NCBI GenBank assembly: GCA_038883775.1
Contig: JAVZLM010000003.1
Coordinates: 116,397-180,396, forward strand
Source of the DNA: Candidatus Bathyarchaeia archaeon
GTDB taxonomy: Archaea; Thermoproteota; Bathyarchaeia; Bathyarchaeales; Bathycorpusculaceae
Reading direction: 5' to 3'
Length of the DNA stretch: 64,000 nt
The translations under genes were made by a program, and so were the position numbers. This document shows, piece after piece, positions 37,738-47,007 of this stretch. Below the pieces are notes generated by a model, which had not been told where the DNA came from, made no database searches, and saw only the letters and a list, made by a program, of their open reading frames with translations. The first letter of the stretch is position 1. Each line of letters opens with the position of its first letter.

Positions 37738-39414
37738 ATGGTGGCGATGCCTATGAAAACAAAATATTTTTTGGTTCTAATCCTAACTGCTTTGCTGTCT
37801 GCCATGCTCCTCTATGGGTTTTATACCGTTGAAGTCAAAGCGCCAGATGGCGTAGACCAGCCACTTTCAAAAATTTATGAAATAAAAATGCTTTGGAACA
37901 ATTCTATGAGCGTATATGACGTGGCAGTTTCAAAAGACGGCAATTATATAGCCGCTGTGAACGAGACTGGCTTGTACTATTTTGAATGGAACATTTCAAC
38001 CCCAAAATGGTGGTATCCAGCAACAACAACGACGCTTATGTCTGTGGCCATATCCGCTGACGGCGAATATGTGGTTACGGGCAGCAATGATGGGTATCTC
38101 CGTTACTTCAACAATTCCCGTGCAACAACTGGTGAGCGCTTAACTCCCACATGGACAAGCATGTGGCTTTTGGGACCCGTGGAAAGGGGCACATTAGACA
38201 TGTCAGATGACGGAGAATATATTGTAGGAGGTGGCACGGGACCAAATGTGTGGTATTACGCTGGGTGCACCAGCAGATATGGCGAAGACGAACATTACAC
38301 ATGGGGTAATTGGCTACCTGTAAATGATATACGAGCCGTCGACATGTCTCCAGATGGCAAATATGTGGCTGTAGGAGGGGAAAACCGTAGCGATTTGCAT
38401 AATGGTTTTGTAGCCTTTTACGAAGATGCAAATACCGCATCAGGATACTATGATCCCATTTGGATTGCTCATAGCGCATTAAATTATAGTGGCTGTTACG
38501 TAGTGGATATTGAAGTTTCTGATGACGGTTATGCTGTTGCGGCAGTAACCAACTATGCGACAACTCTCCACTATTGGGCAAACGCCACAAACTTGACAGG
38601 CGACCCAGAACCTTCATGGAACCATTATGAATCATTTGTCTGCGTAGACATAAGCTCTGACAGCAACGAGGTTATAGCTGGCTCCGATGACCTATACCAT
38701 GGAGGATTGTATTTCTGGTCTAATGCAAGGACTTTGTCGGGGTGGATAAGTGAGGACTGGCATAGCCTCAATAGTCAGATATTTGATGTTGCCATAAGTG
38801 ATGATGGCGAGTTAATATGTGCCGCCGCCCGTTTAGGAGTTGCTTCCGAGTATAAAGCGTACTTCCTTAAGGGTAATGGCGAAGTGATAGAAGAATTTGA
38901 TTTACTCCAATTAAGTCCATTGGTTTCTATGTCTGGAAATGGCATTATAACGGCAGTGGCGGGTCCTGGCTATGATAGCCTTTACGTTTTCCAAACTCTA
39001 GTGGATATTACTCCGCCTTTGATAGAGAATGTGCATCAGCAACCAGCTAACGACAGTGTTTATCCAGAGGATGAGGTTATGGTTTATGCTAATGTTACCG
39101 ATGACCTAAGCGGAGTAAAACAGGTAACGCTAAACTACACTTACACTAATGCCACTGGAACATGGAATGGAACGGTCATCATGGATAATCTTGAAGGAAA
39201 CCTCTACAACGGCACAATACCAGCCCTTCCCTACTGCACAAACGTAACCTACATAATCATAGCTGAAGACAACTTCAACAACACAATCACAACCCAAGAT
39301 TTGGGACAAGAATACAAGTATCACGTAATTCCAGAATTCTCGTTGCAGCTAATATTTCCAATACTTGCAGCATCCACGATGTTTGCAATTCTGATTCGCA
39401 AAAGAAAACGTTAA
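37738..39414 (+). CDS. Secreted beta-propeller (WD40-like) surface protein with Ig-like domain and PEF-CTERM anchor
   Basis: Signal peptide; repeated V.IS.DG.Y blades; C-terminal VIPEF + TM + RKRKR. Confidence 0.85.
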   Translation: MVAMPMKTKYFLVLILTALLSAMLLYGFYTVEVKAPDGVDQPLSKIYEIKMLWNNSMSVYDVAVSKDGNYIAAVNETGLYYFEWNISTPKWWYPATTTTLMSVAISADGEYVVTGSNDGYLRYFNNSRATTGERLTPTWTSMWLLGPVERGTLDMSDDGEYIVGGGTGPNVWYYAGCTSRYGEDEHYTWGNWLPVNDIRAVDMSPDGKYVAVGGENRSDLHNGFVAFYEDANTASGYYDPIWIAHSALNYSGCYVVDIEVSDDGYAVAAVTNYATTLHYWANATNLTGDPEPSWNHYESFVCVDISSDSNEVIAGSDDLYHGGLYFWSNARTLSGWISEDWHSLNSQIFDVAISDDGELICAAARLGVASEYKAYFLKGNGEVIEEFDLLQLSPLVSMSGNGIITAVAGPGYDSLYVFQTLVDITPPLIENVHQQPANDSVYPEDEVMVYANVTDDLSGVKQVTLNYTYTNATGTWNGTVIMDNLEGNLYNGTIPALPYCTNVTYIIIAEDNFNNTITTQDLGQEYKYHVIPEFSLQLIFPILAASTMFAILIRKRKR

Positions 39415-39445
39415 AGGCAATTAAAGATAGCAAAGCACCCAATTT

Positions 39446-39658
39446 TTATTGTTGTTTTGGCTCTTGCCACTTCTCGATGATTAACTTGTCGTCTCCAAGC
39501 TTAAAACTCACTTTAACAGCAATAGAATCCGTGCCTCTCTTTGTTTTTGTGAATTCTTTGAATGGAAACATGCTGTCTTGAGCCAAATCAAGCGGTAAAT
39601 AAATCAAGTATTTGCCGTCTTTTCTTCTGAACAAGCGTCCTTTCCCCTCATTAACCAT
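39446..39658 (-). CDS. Small AbrB/SpoVT-like protein
   Basis: GRLFRRKDGKYLIYLP.DLA.D..FPF...VKVSF...KLIIE. Confidence 0.55.
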   Translation of the reverse strand: MVNEGKGRLFRRKDGKYLIYLPLDLAQDSMFPFKEFTKTKRGTDSIAVKVSFKLGDDKLIIEKWQEPKQQ

Positions 39659-39758
39659 ACGTCTCACTCCCAATTAATTCATATCAGACGGAATTGATTA
39701 GCACAGAAATTATTTAAATCTTGTTCTTTAATGAAAACATTACTGGTTAAGTTAACCC

Positions 39759-41912
39759 GTGGAGAAGAACATGTTGAAAAGGAGAGTTATATTCGTTTTA
39801 GTCGCGTCTTTGCTTCTTGACTCCCTAATATTACGGTTTCAAGTTTCTCCCGTTTCCAGTTGGGGTAATGGTGGTTATAGTGATAATCCTTCCAACCCAA
39901 AATATGGGACTCACGATTGGATTGCAGAGCATGCTTTGGATTGGCTACCAAGGGCGGAGAAATGGTTTATTGTTAAGAATCTTGCGGCTTATCTTTATGG
40001 CACTGAATTGCCAGACAATGGCACGATTCTGTATGGTATAGGCGACACTGGTAAGCATCACGTTTACTATTTCAGTAATGGTTCGTTGCAAGATGATGCT
40101 TCTGCAAAGAGGGCAAGAGAGGAATACGATAAGGCTTTTGAACTTTTCAAGAGTGGAGATTTAGCTAATGCCTCCTTAAGGCTTGGCGTCATGACCCATT
40201 ACATTGCTGATTTGGCAGTTTTCGGTCACGTGATGGGTTCCGGCACGGATTGGGGAGCCGAAGTACATCATAGTGATTACGAAAATTATGTGCTTACAAG
40301 AACAGACGCTTATAATGACGAATTCAATGTTTTTCTTAGCTTTGATGGTGAGTTAAGCCAAATTTCCGCTTATGATGCCGCACTTGCGCTTGCTTATGAT
40401 ACAACATTTGACTTGGACGGGGATTTAACGTGTGTCTGGATGGACCAAAACTACAATTGGAGCGATACAACTTTTAAGAACCGTTGCGGAGAATCCCTAA
40501 ACTTAGCTGTAAACTTGATCGCTGATGTTTTGCACACGTTTTATTTGGAAATGCAAGATGTGGCGCATTTTATTGATGTTCCCTTCCACTACCAAGACGT
40601 TGAATATTATTGTGGTCCTGCATGTCTTGAAATGGTTTTCGACTATTATGGAGAAGACATAAATCAATCGGAAATAGCGGATGTCGCAAGAACTTTTCCA
40701 TACGAGACTTTTACTGATGAATTACGAAGGGCTGCCCACTTCAGCAGCATCAGCATATCCATGGGCGCTGAAATTCCAGACTACAACATTACTGGCTATA
40801 CTTTACGCAGTTTAGGCTACGCAGCCTTCGAAGCGCATAATATGAATTTAAACCAACTTAAACACTACATCGATCAAAACAAACCGCTAATTCTGCTCAT
40901 GTGGTATAGCGAAGCCCATGTTTACGGTCATTATCGTGTTGTGACAGGTTACAATGAAACACACATTTTCATGCATGACCCTTGGGTATGGCTTGGGAAA
41001 TATGGCGGTCCAAACATTGCGCTTAATTACACTTTATTTTTGGATCTTTGGTCTTACTCCGGCTACTGGGCGCTTTATACTTTGCCATGGATCATAAATG
41101 TCTCAGCACCAACTTATATCAGACCTGAAAAACCTTTCCAAGTAAACGTTACAATCACTTATCCAAAACCGCTTCCAAACGCCTTAAACGATTATGATGC
41201 AACTTCATGTAATGCAACCATAATATTGCCTCAAAATCTAAGCTTAGTTGCTGGAGAGACCCCAAAGAAAACGGTTAGTTCAGGTTTTTTGGAGGCTGGA
41301 GCCAGCACCTCAGTTAATTGGACTTTGGTAGCAGATGATTATGGAGTGTACGCGATTGGCGTTGAGGTTGAGGGTCTGGTTTCGGGCAGCGTTTGGCCTC
41401 ATGGAGATTATCCCGCCTACAATTATAATGATAGAATTGGCGCAAAAGCCAACTTCACAATAGAATTTAGGGAAGACAGCCATGCCCCAATTTTAACAAA
41501 CCTTATCAGATTTCCAAGCGGAGATGTGCAACCAGACCAAGAAGTGAAAATTTCAGTCAACGTCACAGACCTTGAAAGTGGAGTAAAAAATGTCACCCTA
41601 TTCTACACAACAAATGATTGGGTTACATGGGAAAACAAAACAATGAACCTAAACCAAACAACAAAATTGTATGAAGCCACAATCCGTGGACAGCCTGCGG
41701 AAACATGGGTTAAATTCAAAATAGTTGCTTATGACTATTTAGAAAATAATGCAACCCTTGACGGAACAACGCCGCACTGCATGTACTACGTAATTCCAGA
41801 ATTTCCATCCCTTACGGCTTTATTACTCTCCACAATGCTCACAATGCTTTTCAGTGTCTACTTAAGAAGAAAAGAACAAAAACTTCCAAATGCTTTTGTA
41901 GACTGTAATTAA
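39759..41912 (+). CDS. Secreted Zn-dependent phospholipase C/S1-P1 domain + C39-like peptidase + Ig-like domains, PEF-CTERM anchor
   Basis: Mature N-terminal W(GNGG)...THDWIAEHA, HYIAD...H, HHSDYE (Zn ligands); Q..YYCGPACLEMV, GHYRVV.G, HDP (C39); VIPEF + TM. Confidence 0.82.
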   Translation: MEKNMLKRRVIFVLVASLLLDSLILRFQVSPVSSWGNGGYSDNPSNPKYGTHDWIAEHALDWLPRAEKWFIVKNLAAYLYGTELPDNGTILYGIGDTGKHHVYYFSNGSLQDDASAKRAREEYDKAFELFKSGDLANASLRLGVMTHYIADLAVFGHVMGSGTDWGAEVHHSDYENYVLTRTDAYNDEFNVFLSFDGELSQISAYDAALALAYDTTFDLDGDLTCVWMDQNYNWSDTTFKNRCGESLNLAVNLIADVLHTFYLEMQDVAHFIDVPFHYQDVEYYCGPACLEMVFDYYGEDINQSEIADVARTFPYETFTDELRRAAHFSSISISMGAEIPDYNITGYTLRSLGYAAFEAHNMNLNQLKHYIDQNKPLILLMWYSEAHVYGHYRVVTGYNETHIFMHDPWVWLGKYGGPNIALNYTLFLDLWSYSGYWALYTLPWIINVSAPTYIRPEKPFQVNVTITYPKPLPNALNDYDATSCNATIILPQNLSLVAGETPKKTVSSGFLEAGASTSVNWTLVADDYGVYAIGVEVEGLVSGSVWPHGDYPAYNYNDRIGAKANFTIEFREDSHAPILTNLIRFPSGDVQPDQEVKISVNVTDLESGVKNVTLFYTTNDWVTWENKTMNLNQTTKLYEATIRGQPAETWVKFKIVAYDYLENNATLDGTTPHCMYYVIPEFPSLTALLLSTMLTMLFSVYLRRKEQKLPNAFVDCN

Positions 41913-42016
41913 TCTTTTCCTTTCTGCTTTTTTTCAAAATAATTTTAAATTTTCCTTTTTTATTGTGAAAATTGTTTAAATTTTCCTATTTTCCTTTTTT
42001 GTTTGAGGTTAAGGGT

Positions 42017-42370
42017 TTGGCAAGCGTTTCACCCGATGATGTCCGTGACGTGCTTAATCTCAGTTCGGCTGATGTTCCAGACGCTAAAATTGTTAAGATG
42101 ATTAAGCGAGCTGAGGTTACATTGGAGCTTGAGCTCGGAAAAGAAATCGATTATGCCGATTGCACTGAAGCGGAGAAGGAGTTCATAACCGTTTTAGCGG
42201 CTATTTATGCCATTTGCTATTTGACTGGTGGTTCAGCGGTTGGCTTAAGCTTCAGCCTTGGAGACCAAAACATAAGCGTACTAAGCAAGGCTCCGCCCTT
42301 GGATGTTTTGCAAGCTGAGCTTGAAAGGATTTTGAATGGCTTAAAAGCGCCTCATGTGGGGTATGCCTAA
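42017..42370 (+). CDS. Head-tail adaptor (gp6/gp15-like)
   Basis: SVSPDDVRDVL...VPDAKI...I.RAE; SFSLGD..IS; first gene of the neck/tail block. Confidence 0.65.
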   Translation: MASVSPDDVRDVLNLSSADVPDAKIVKMIKRAEVTLELELGKEIDYADCTEAEKEFITVLAAIYAICYLTGGSAVGLSFSLGDQNISVLSKAPPLDVLQAELERILNGLKAPHVGYA

Positions 42371-43759
42371 ATGTTCGATGAAGCCTTGAACGTTTATTTG
42401 CAGTTTATCTTGGACAATGCACCATACTTTTATTATGTGCCAGGCTCTGGCGTTTCTGGTGAGCGGGGCGTGGCGGCAGCCGCTTTCGCTATAGACTTTC
42501 TTTATGAAGCCTATTCTGATAGCCGCTGCATAGCAAAGAAAAGCGAGGTTTATGACAAGATTGTTTCTTTGGCTGATTGGATTTTAACACAACAATGTAC
42601 GGACAATGCCAAAAACGCTTATGGCGGCTTTAAAAGTAGCGAGACAAGCGATTATTACTATGCCGTTGATACTTGCCGTGTTATCCCGTCCCTTTTGAGG
42701 GCTTACGCGCTGACCAAGGATTTGGATTATTTAAGTGCTGCAAGGCTTGCTGGCTCGACGTTTTTGAAGGCTATGCAGGATAGACAGAGTTATGGCGGTT
42801 TTGCAAAAGCTGTTACCATTAATGGAGATTGGCTTCTGCAGTTGGATATTGAATGTCTTTACGGGCTTTTGGGTTTGAAAATGCTTGCTGAAACCTATGA
42901 CACCGATAATGCCAACACTTATCAAGACATGATTGTTAAGCTTGTGGATTTTCTCCGAAGCGGTTTTGAAAACTTTTGGCTATACTATGACCCAGCAGAC
43001 AATAAGTGGCATAGAGTTGGAGTGGAAGAAGACCAAGTCTATGATGACTCTTTCGCTTATGCCCTGTTAGGACTTTACAGTTATGAGGGTTGGAGCCCCA
43101 CAGTTCAAAGGGTTTATGAAACTTTAAACGCCATTGGACCAAGCGCAGATTATGCTGGATACAACCCAAGTGTTTGTTGGGCTGGCTACATAGATGTTGT
43201 CAGGCGGAAGGCTGCATGCGATTACTATGATAGCGTCTCATGCGGCGTATTGCATGACATTCGTGCAGCAAGGGATAAGCCAAGCCTCGAGTTGAGCGTT
43301 CAGATTTTGGATAGGCATTATTCTGATTTTATGTTTTGGGGAGTAAAATTCAAAGACTTGAGCCATGTGGAAAACAAGCAAAGTATCATTACGGTTTCTT
43401 GGCTTGGACTTTTGCTTTTGCGTTATTCGCCTAAGCATACGCCTTTTAAGGCAATTTTGGAAAAGTATGGCGAAAACCTAACCTTATACCCAATTTTAGA
43501 GGTTAGCGAAACAGTCTCTTATGGTGAAGGAATAACGCTTAAAGCCATGGTTAAGGTTGAAAACCCAACAGAAATCATTATTGAGCCAGGCTATGCAATA
43601 ACAGACTACATAACCCTTCAAACTTTTTTGCCCATAAGAACCCGAGACAAGATTAGGCGGGGCGGCGTTGATTTTGAAGCGGGTCGAGTCAAGGTTTATC
43701 GTTGGATGGGTGAACCCGCCTATTACCAAGCCACATGTAGGAGGCTTATAAACCAATGA
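42371..43759 (+). CDS. (alpha/alpha) toroid domain fused to a C-terminal head-closure (stopper)-like domain
   Basis: Repeats WILTQQ...GGF and FLKAMQ...GGF. C-terminal ~100 aa YGENLTL...DKIRRGG.DFE..RV...YYQATCRR. Lies between adaptor and terminator genes. Confidence 0.6.
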   Translation: MFDEALNVYLQFILDNAPYFYYVPGSGVSGERGVAAAAFAIDFLYEAYSDSRCIAKKSEVYDKIVSLADWILTQQCTDNAKNAYGGFKSSETSDYYYAVDTCRVIPSLLRAYALTKDLDYLSAARLAGSTFLKAMQDRQSYGGFAKAVTINGDWLLQLDIECLYGLLGLKMLAETYDTDNANTYQDMIVKLVDFLRSGFENFWLYYDPADNKWHRVGVEEDQVYDDSFAYALLGLYSYEGWSPTVQRVYETLNAIGPSADYAGYNPSVCWAGYIDVVRRKAACDYYDSVSCGVLHDIRAARDKPSLELSVQILDRHYSDFMFWGVKFKDLSHVENKQSIITVSWLGLLLLRYSPKHTPFKAILEKYGENLTLYPILEVSETVSYGEGITLKAMVKVENPTEIIIEPGYAITDYITLQTFLPIRTRDKIRRGGVDFEAGRVKVYRWMGEPAYYQATCRRLINQ

Positions 43760-44718
43760 CTGCCACAGAAAATCCAGTTTTAACGTTTATTCGTTTACTT
43801 AAAAGGTACCTGTCAGTTGTTAAAGAGGATGGCGCATTAGCGAAAATTTATGTTGGACAGGAATGGTTGGACCGTGAACTTCTGAAAAGTTTTGATGGAC
43901 AAATCACCGTTGGGCTTGAAAGGGGCGAAGACGAAAAGCTGAGTTTTGATGGAAGTCTTAGGCGGCTTTGCCATTTCTTAAGGGTTAATGTTTGGGCTTC
44001 TGATAGAAGCATTCGCGAAAAATTGTGCAGCGAAATCAAACGTGTCATTCATGGAAAACGGAATACGCCAAACAATGTGAATTACAATTTCTATGGCGTC
44101 GGCATAACTTCCGATACGCATAAAGCCTTTCATGGCGTTTCAGCCTCTGATTTGCCACCTAACAATGATGCCTGGAATGAACTGGCAGATAGTGAATATC
44201 AGAAAATCTGGTATAGCGACGACAACCGTCTAAGCAAAGCAGCCTTAGAAAATGGGAAATACGCCTATACGCTTTTCCGCTTCAAAATAGACGCCGACGA
44301 AAACTTTCTTAAGCGTTTGGTTTTGAAGTTTGAGGGTTATGGTGATGCGCCTTCTGGAAATGGCGCAACAATAAAGGTTTGGAACCATTTGGCGAATGCT
44401 TGGGAGAATGCTGTTTCTGGGAGCAGCGCAACAGATGAAATTTTAACGATTAACTTGTCTTCTAACCTGCCAAATTATGTTGATGCTGATGGCTATGCCT
44501 ATTTGCTTGCCAAGACCGCTTTCCCAAGCGACGGCGAATCGCAAGCGGTTCTTTATTGTGATTATGTTGAGGTTGAGTTTACTGTTAATGGTATAGCCTA
44601 CGTGGATATTGTTGGTTTTCGTGATGCGGATGAGGTAAGGGTTAAGCCCTTCTTGTGGCACACCGAATTCCTTGTAAAGTCATGGTTTTTTGAAAATGTT
44701 ACAATAATGGAGGAATAA
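43756..44718 (+). CDS. Tail terminator-like protein with an inserted beta-rich domain
   Basis: Position before tail tube; ITVG...LRVNVWA..R..REKL..EIKRV; insertion ending YCDYVEVEF. Confidence 0.55.
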   Translation: MTATENPVLTFIRLLKRYLSVVKEDGALAKIYVGQEWLDRELLKSFDGQITVGLERGEDEKLSFDGSLRRLCHFLRVNVWASDRSIREKLCSEIKRVIHGKRNTPNNVNYNFYGVGITSDTHKAFHGVSASDLPPNNDAWNELADSEYQKIWYSDDNRLSKAALENGKYAYTLFRFKIDADENFLKRLVLKFEGYGDAPSGNGATIKVWNHLANAWENAVSGSSATDEILTINLSSNLPNYVDADGYAYLLAKTAFPSDGESQAVLYCDYVEVEFTVNGIAYVDIVGFRDADEVRVKPFLWHTEFLVKSWFFENVTIMEE

Positions 44719-44720
44719 AG

Positions 44721-45575
44721 ATGAGTATGCCCTATGGCGCACATGAAGCAAAAATCTATTACGTGGAAGAAACAAGCTACGGCGAAACACCATCAAACCC
44801 TGCGATGCTTGGCATTAAAGCCGAAAGCGTCGAACCCCTTCTAAATCCAAACCTAATCAAGGTTCGCGGGGTTGGAAGCCGAGATTTACAAGCAATTAAG
44901 AAAGGTTTGAGGGATGTTAGTGTAAAAATCGCCTATCCATTGCCAAGCGATGCTCCAATAAACTTCCTGCAGCACATAGCTACATTGAATTCTTTGAGTG
45001 TTGAAGTATTTTACGAGAAATCTTCTGGAATCGTTGATTTGCTCTTTAAAGGGTGCAGGATGGATAAGGCGGTTGTTGAATGCGGCATCGAAGACATTGT
45101 TAAGGCAACGGTAGAGTTAGTTGGGCAAAATGTGGTTGTTGGAACTTCGAAGATAAGCGGAGCCACATATGCGGATTATGCTGGTGCAATTCCATACTAT
45201 GAAAGTTTTGTGCAACGCGGAGCAGGGGATGGTTCGGGCTTAACGGCTGTGGAAAGGGTTACGGATTGGAAGTTCACTATTGAAAACAATCTTAAACAAG
45301 TGCCAGTAATCCGCTCAGCAAACGGCGAAATCCTCAAGTATTTGCCAGCCCGCCACCGAAACCTAACTGGCGAGTTAATCTTCGAGTTTGAAAGCAAACA
45401 AGAATATGATGATGTTGTGAATGACAGCGAGTTTAGCTTAAAATTTGGTTTAGGCGGAACAAACAGCGCCCTATTCAAATATTGCAAATGGGAAAGCGTT
45501 AGCACGCCCACAAAGGTTGAAGACCTTGTGAGTTTGAAAGCCTCTTTCGTGGCGCGGGATGTGGTGATAAGCTAA
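44721..45575 (+). CDS. Major tail tube protein
   Basis: IYYVEETSYGETP, FKGCRMDK, FTIENNL...R.LTGEL pattern; precedes the tail chaperone. Confidence 0.78.
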   Translation: MSMPYGAHEAKIYYVEETSYGETPSNPAMLGIKAESVEPLLNPNLIKVRGVGSRDLQAIKKGLRDVSVKIAYPLPSDAPINFLQHIATLNSLSVEVFYEKSSGIVDLLFKGCRMDKAVVECGIEDIVKATVELVGQNVVVGTSKISGATYADYAGAIPYYESFVQRGAGDGSGLTAVERVTDWKFTIENNLKQVPVIRSANGEILKYLPARHRNLTGELIFEFESKQEYDDVVNDSEFSLKFGLGGTNSALFKYCKWESVSTPTKVEDLVSLKASFVARDVVIS

Positions 45576-46048
45576 TGCGAACGGAAACCGTTGTTATTGG
45601 CGAAAAGTTTGGCAGGGAATACGCGGGCAAATATGTTTTTAGTGAAATCTCCTGGGCTAAGCGTAGCCGCATCATCCAAAAATATACGCGGTACAGCCAA
45701 CAAACTGGGCAAGTTATAGCAAGCGATTACATAGCAATCCAAGCGGAAACTATAATGGCTTCGCTTAGGGAGCAACCGCCGCATAAGCCCATAACCCTTG
45801 AGAAGCTTTTAAGCGAGGAAGATGGGGTTCCTATTGGTTTGGGCGAAATTTTCAGCCAAATCGTTAATAGACTTAACAACGTTAGCCTTGAAGAGTCTGC
45901 TTTTTTATCCGCTCCATCCGACGCCAAAAGCCAAACGCAGTTCTCACAGAGTTTAGGCTCTGCAAAGAATTCGGTTGGACAATCACAGAACTGCGAAGAC
46001 AACCAGCAAAGGCAGTTCAGCAATTCATCGTTATCCTCAACGAGTTAG
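45575..46048 (+). CDS. Tail assembly chaperone (gpG-like)
   Basis: Between tail tube and TMP; contains slippery T TTT TTA followed by a low-complexity tail. Confidence 0.72.
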   Translation: MRTETVVIGEKFGREYAGKYVFSEISWAKRSRIIQKYTRYSQQTGQVIASDYIAIQAETIMASLREQPPHKPITLEKLLSEEDGVPIGLGEIFSQIVNRLNNVSLEESAFLSAPSDAKSQTQFSQSLGSAKNSVGQSQNCEDNQQRQFSNSSLSSTS

Positions 46049-46110
46049 ACCGTCAAACCGAGGAGGAAAAAGCGAAGGCGGAGCGGGAGGCGAAATGTCG
46101 GTTGAAATAA
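45901..46110 (+). other. Programmed -1 frameshift site (TTTTTTA, 45901-45907) and gpT extension giving a gpGT product ending at 46110
   Basis: -1 frame reads FFIRSIRRQKPNAVLTEFRLCKEFGWTITELRRQPAKAVQQFIVILNELDRQ...LK*, with the typical gpT L..FGWT..EL...P motif. Confidence 0.8.
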
Positions 46111-46466
46111 ACTGCGTTGTGGAAGGCGTTGAAGAGTTTAAAATGGCAATGGAAAGGTTTGATTCCGCCATGCAAGAGCATGTGCAAAGACTTTTGGCAA
46201 ATTGGGCTGAAGACGTTAAAGACTATGCAAAACAGCTTGCACCCGTTAGAACTGGACACTTGCGGAGTTCCATTTATGCCAAAATTCAAGATTGGGTTGC
46301 CCAGATAGGCGCTGAAGCCACATACGCCTTGTTTGTTGAGTTTGGAACCCGCCACATGCAAGCCCACCCATTCCTTTACCCAGCAATTCAGGAACATCTG
46401 CCAAGACTTGAACGAATTATCTGCGAGGCTATTGACCAAGCAAAAATGGAGGCTGGCTTAAAATGA
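46095..46466 (+). CDS. HK97 gp10-like tail completion/neck protein
   Basis: AKQLAPVRTGHLRSSI, YALFVEFGTRHMQAHPFLYPA. Confidence 0.88.
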   Translation: MSVEINCVVEGVEEFKMAMERFDSAMQEHVQRLLANWAEDVKDYAKQLAPVRTGHLRSSIYAKIQDWVAQIGAEATYALFVEFGTRHMQAHPFLYPAIQEHLPRLERIICEAIDQAKMEAGLK

Positions 46467-47005
46467 GTTTTCGTGAAATTGCAATAACAATTCGTGCGGT
46501 TAACCGTGCAAGCCATGAGTTTGCAAGAATCCAAACAGATGCTGAAACCTTAAGCGTTCGCATTAGGGCTTTAGGCTCCGCCATTGCTGGTTTAGGGGCT
46601 ACTGGCACAGCCATTGGACATATAGCCCACCAGTTTGGCTTATTAAACGACCAGCAAGCTCGAGTTTTCAATTCCGCTATGATGGTTGTTTCGGTTATGG
46701 GCATGTTTATGCGCACAAGTTGGGGCGTTGCCATAGCCCAAAAGGTTTATGCTGCAGCCTGTTGGATTGCCACAGCAGCCCAAAACGCCCTGAATATTAG
46801 CTATGCCACTTTTCTTGCTTTAACTGGTGTTGGAATAGCTGCCATTATAGGCGCTGCTGCAGCCATAGCATATTTCGCCAGCCAAATGAACGCTGCCACC
46901 GCATCTGTTCAAGGTTTCAATGAAGCTGTGGCTGAAATTCCAGAACGTGGGCGAAGCATTCGCAGGGCTGGAGAAGAAGAACTGTACAGGCGAGGTTTAG
47001 AATAG
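46463..47005 (+). CDS. Very short tape measure protein (180 aa)
   Basis: N-terminal IAITIRAVNRAS motif; Ala/Gly-rich helices, ATAAQNALN, hydrophobic GVGIAAIIGAAAAIAY; position before the hub gene. Confidence 0.72.
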   Translation: MSFREIAITIRAVNRASHEFARIQTDAETLSVRIRALGSAIAGLGATGTAIGHIAHQFGLLNDQQARVFNSAMMVVSVMGMFMRTSWGVAIAQKVYAAACWIATAAQNALNISYATFLALTGVGIAAIIGAAAAIAYFASQMNAATASVQGFNEAVAEIPERGRSIRRAGEEELYRRGLE

Positions 47006-47007
47006 CC

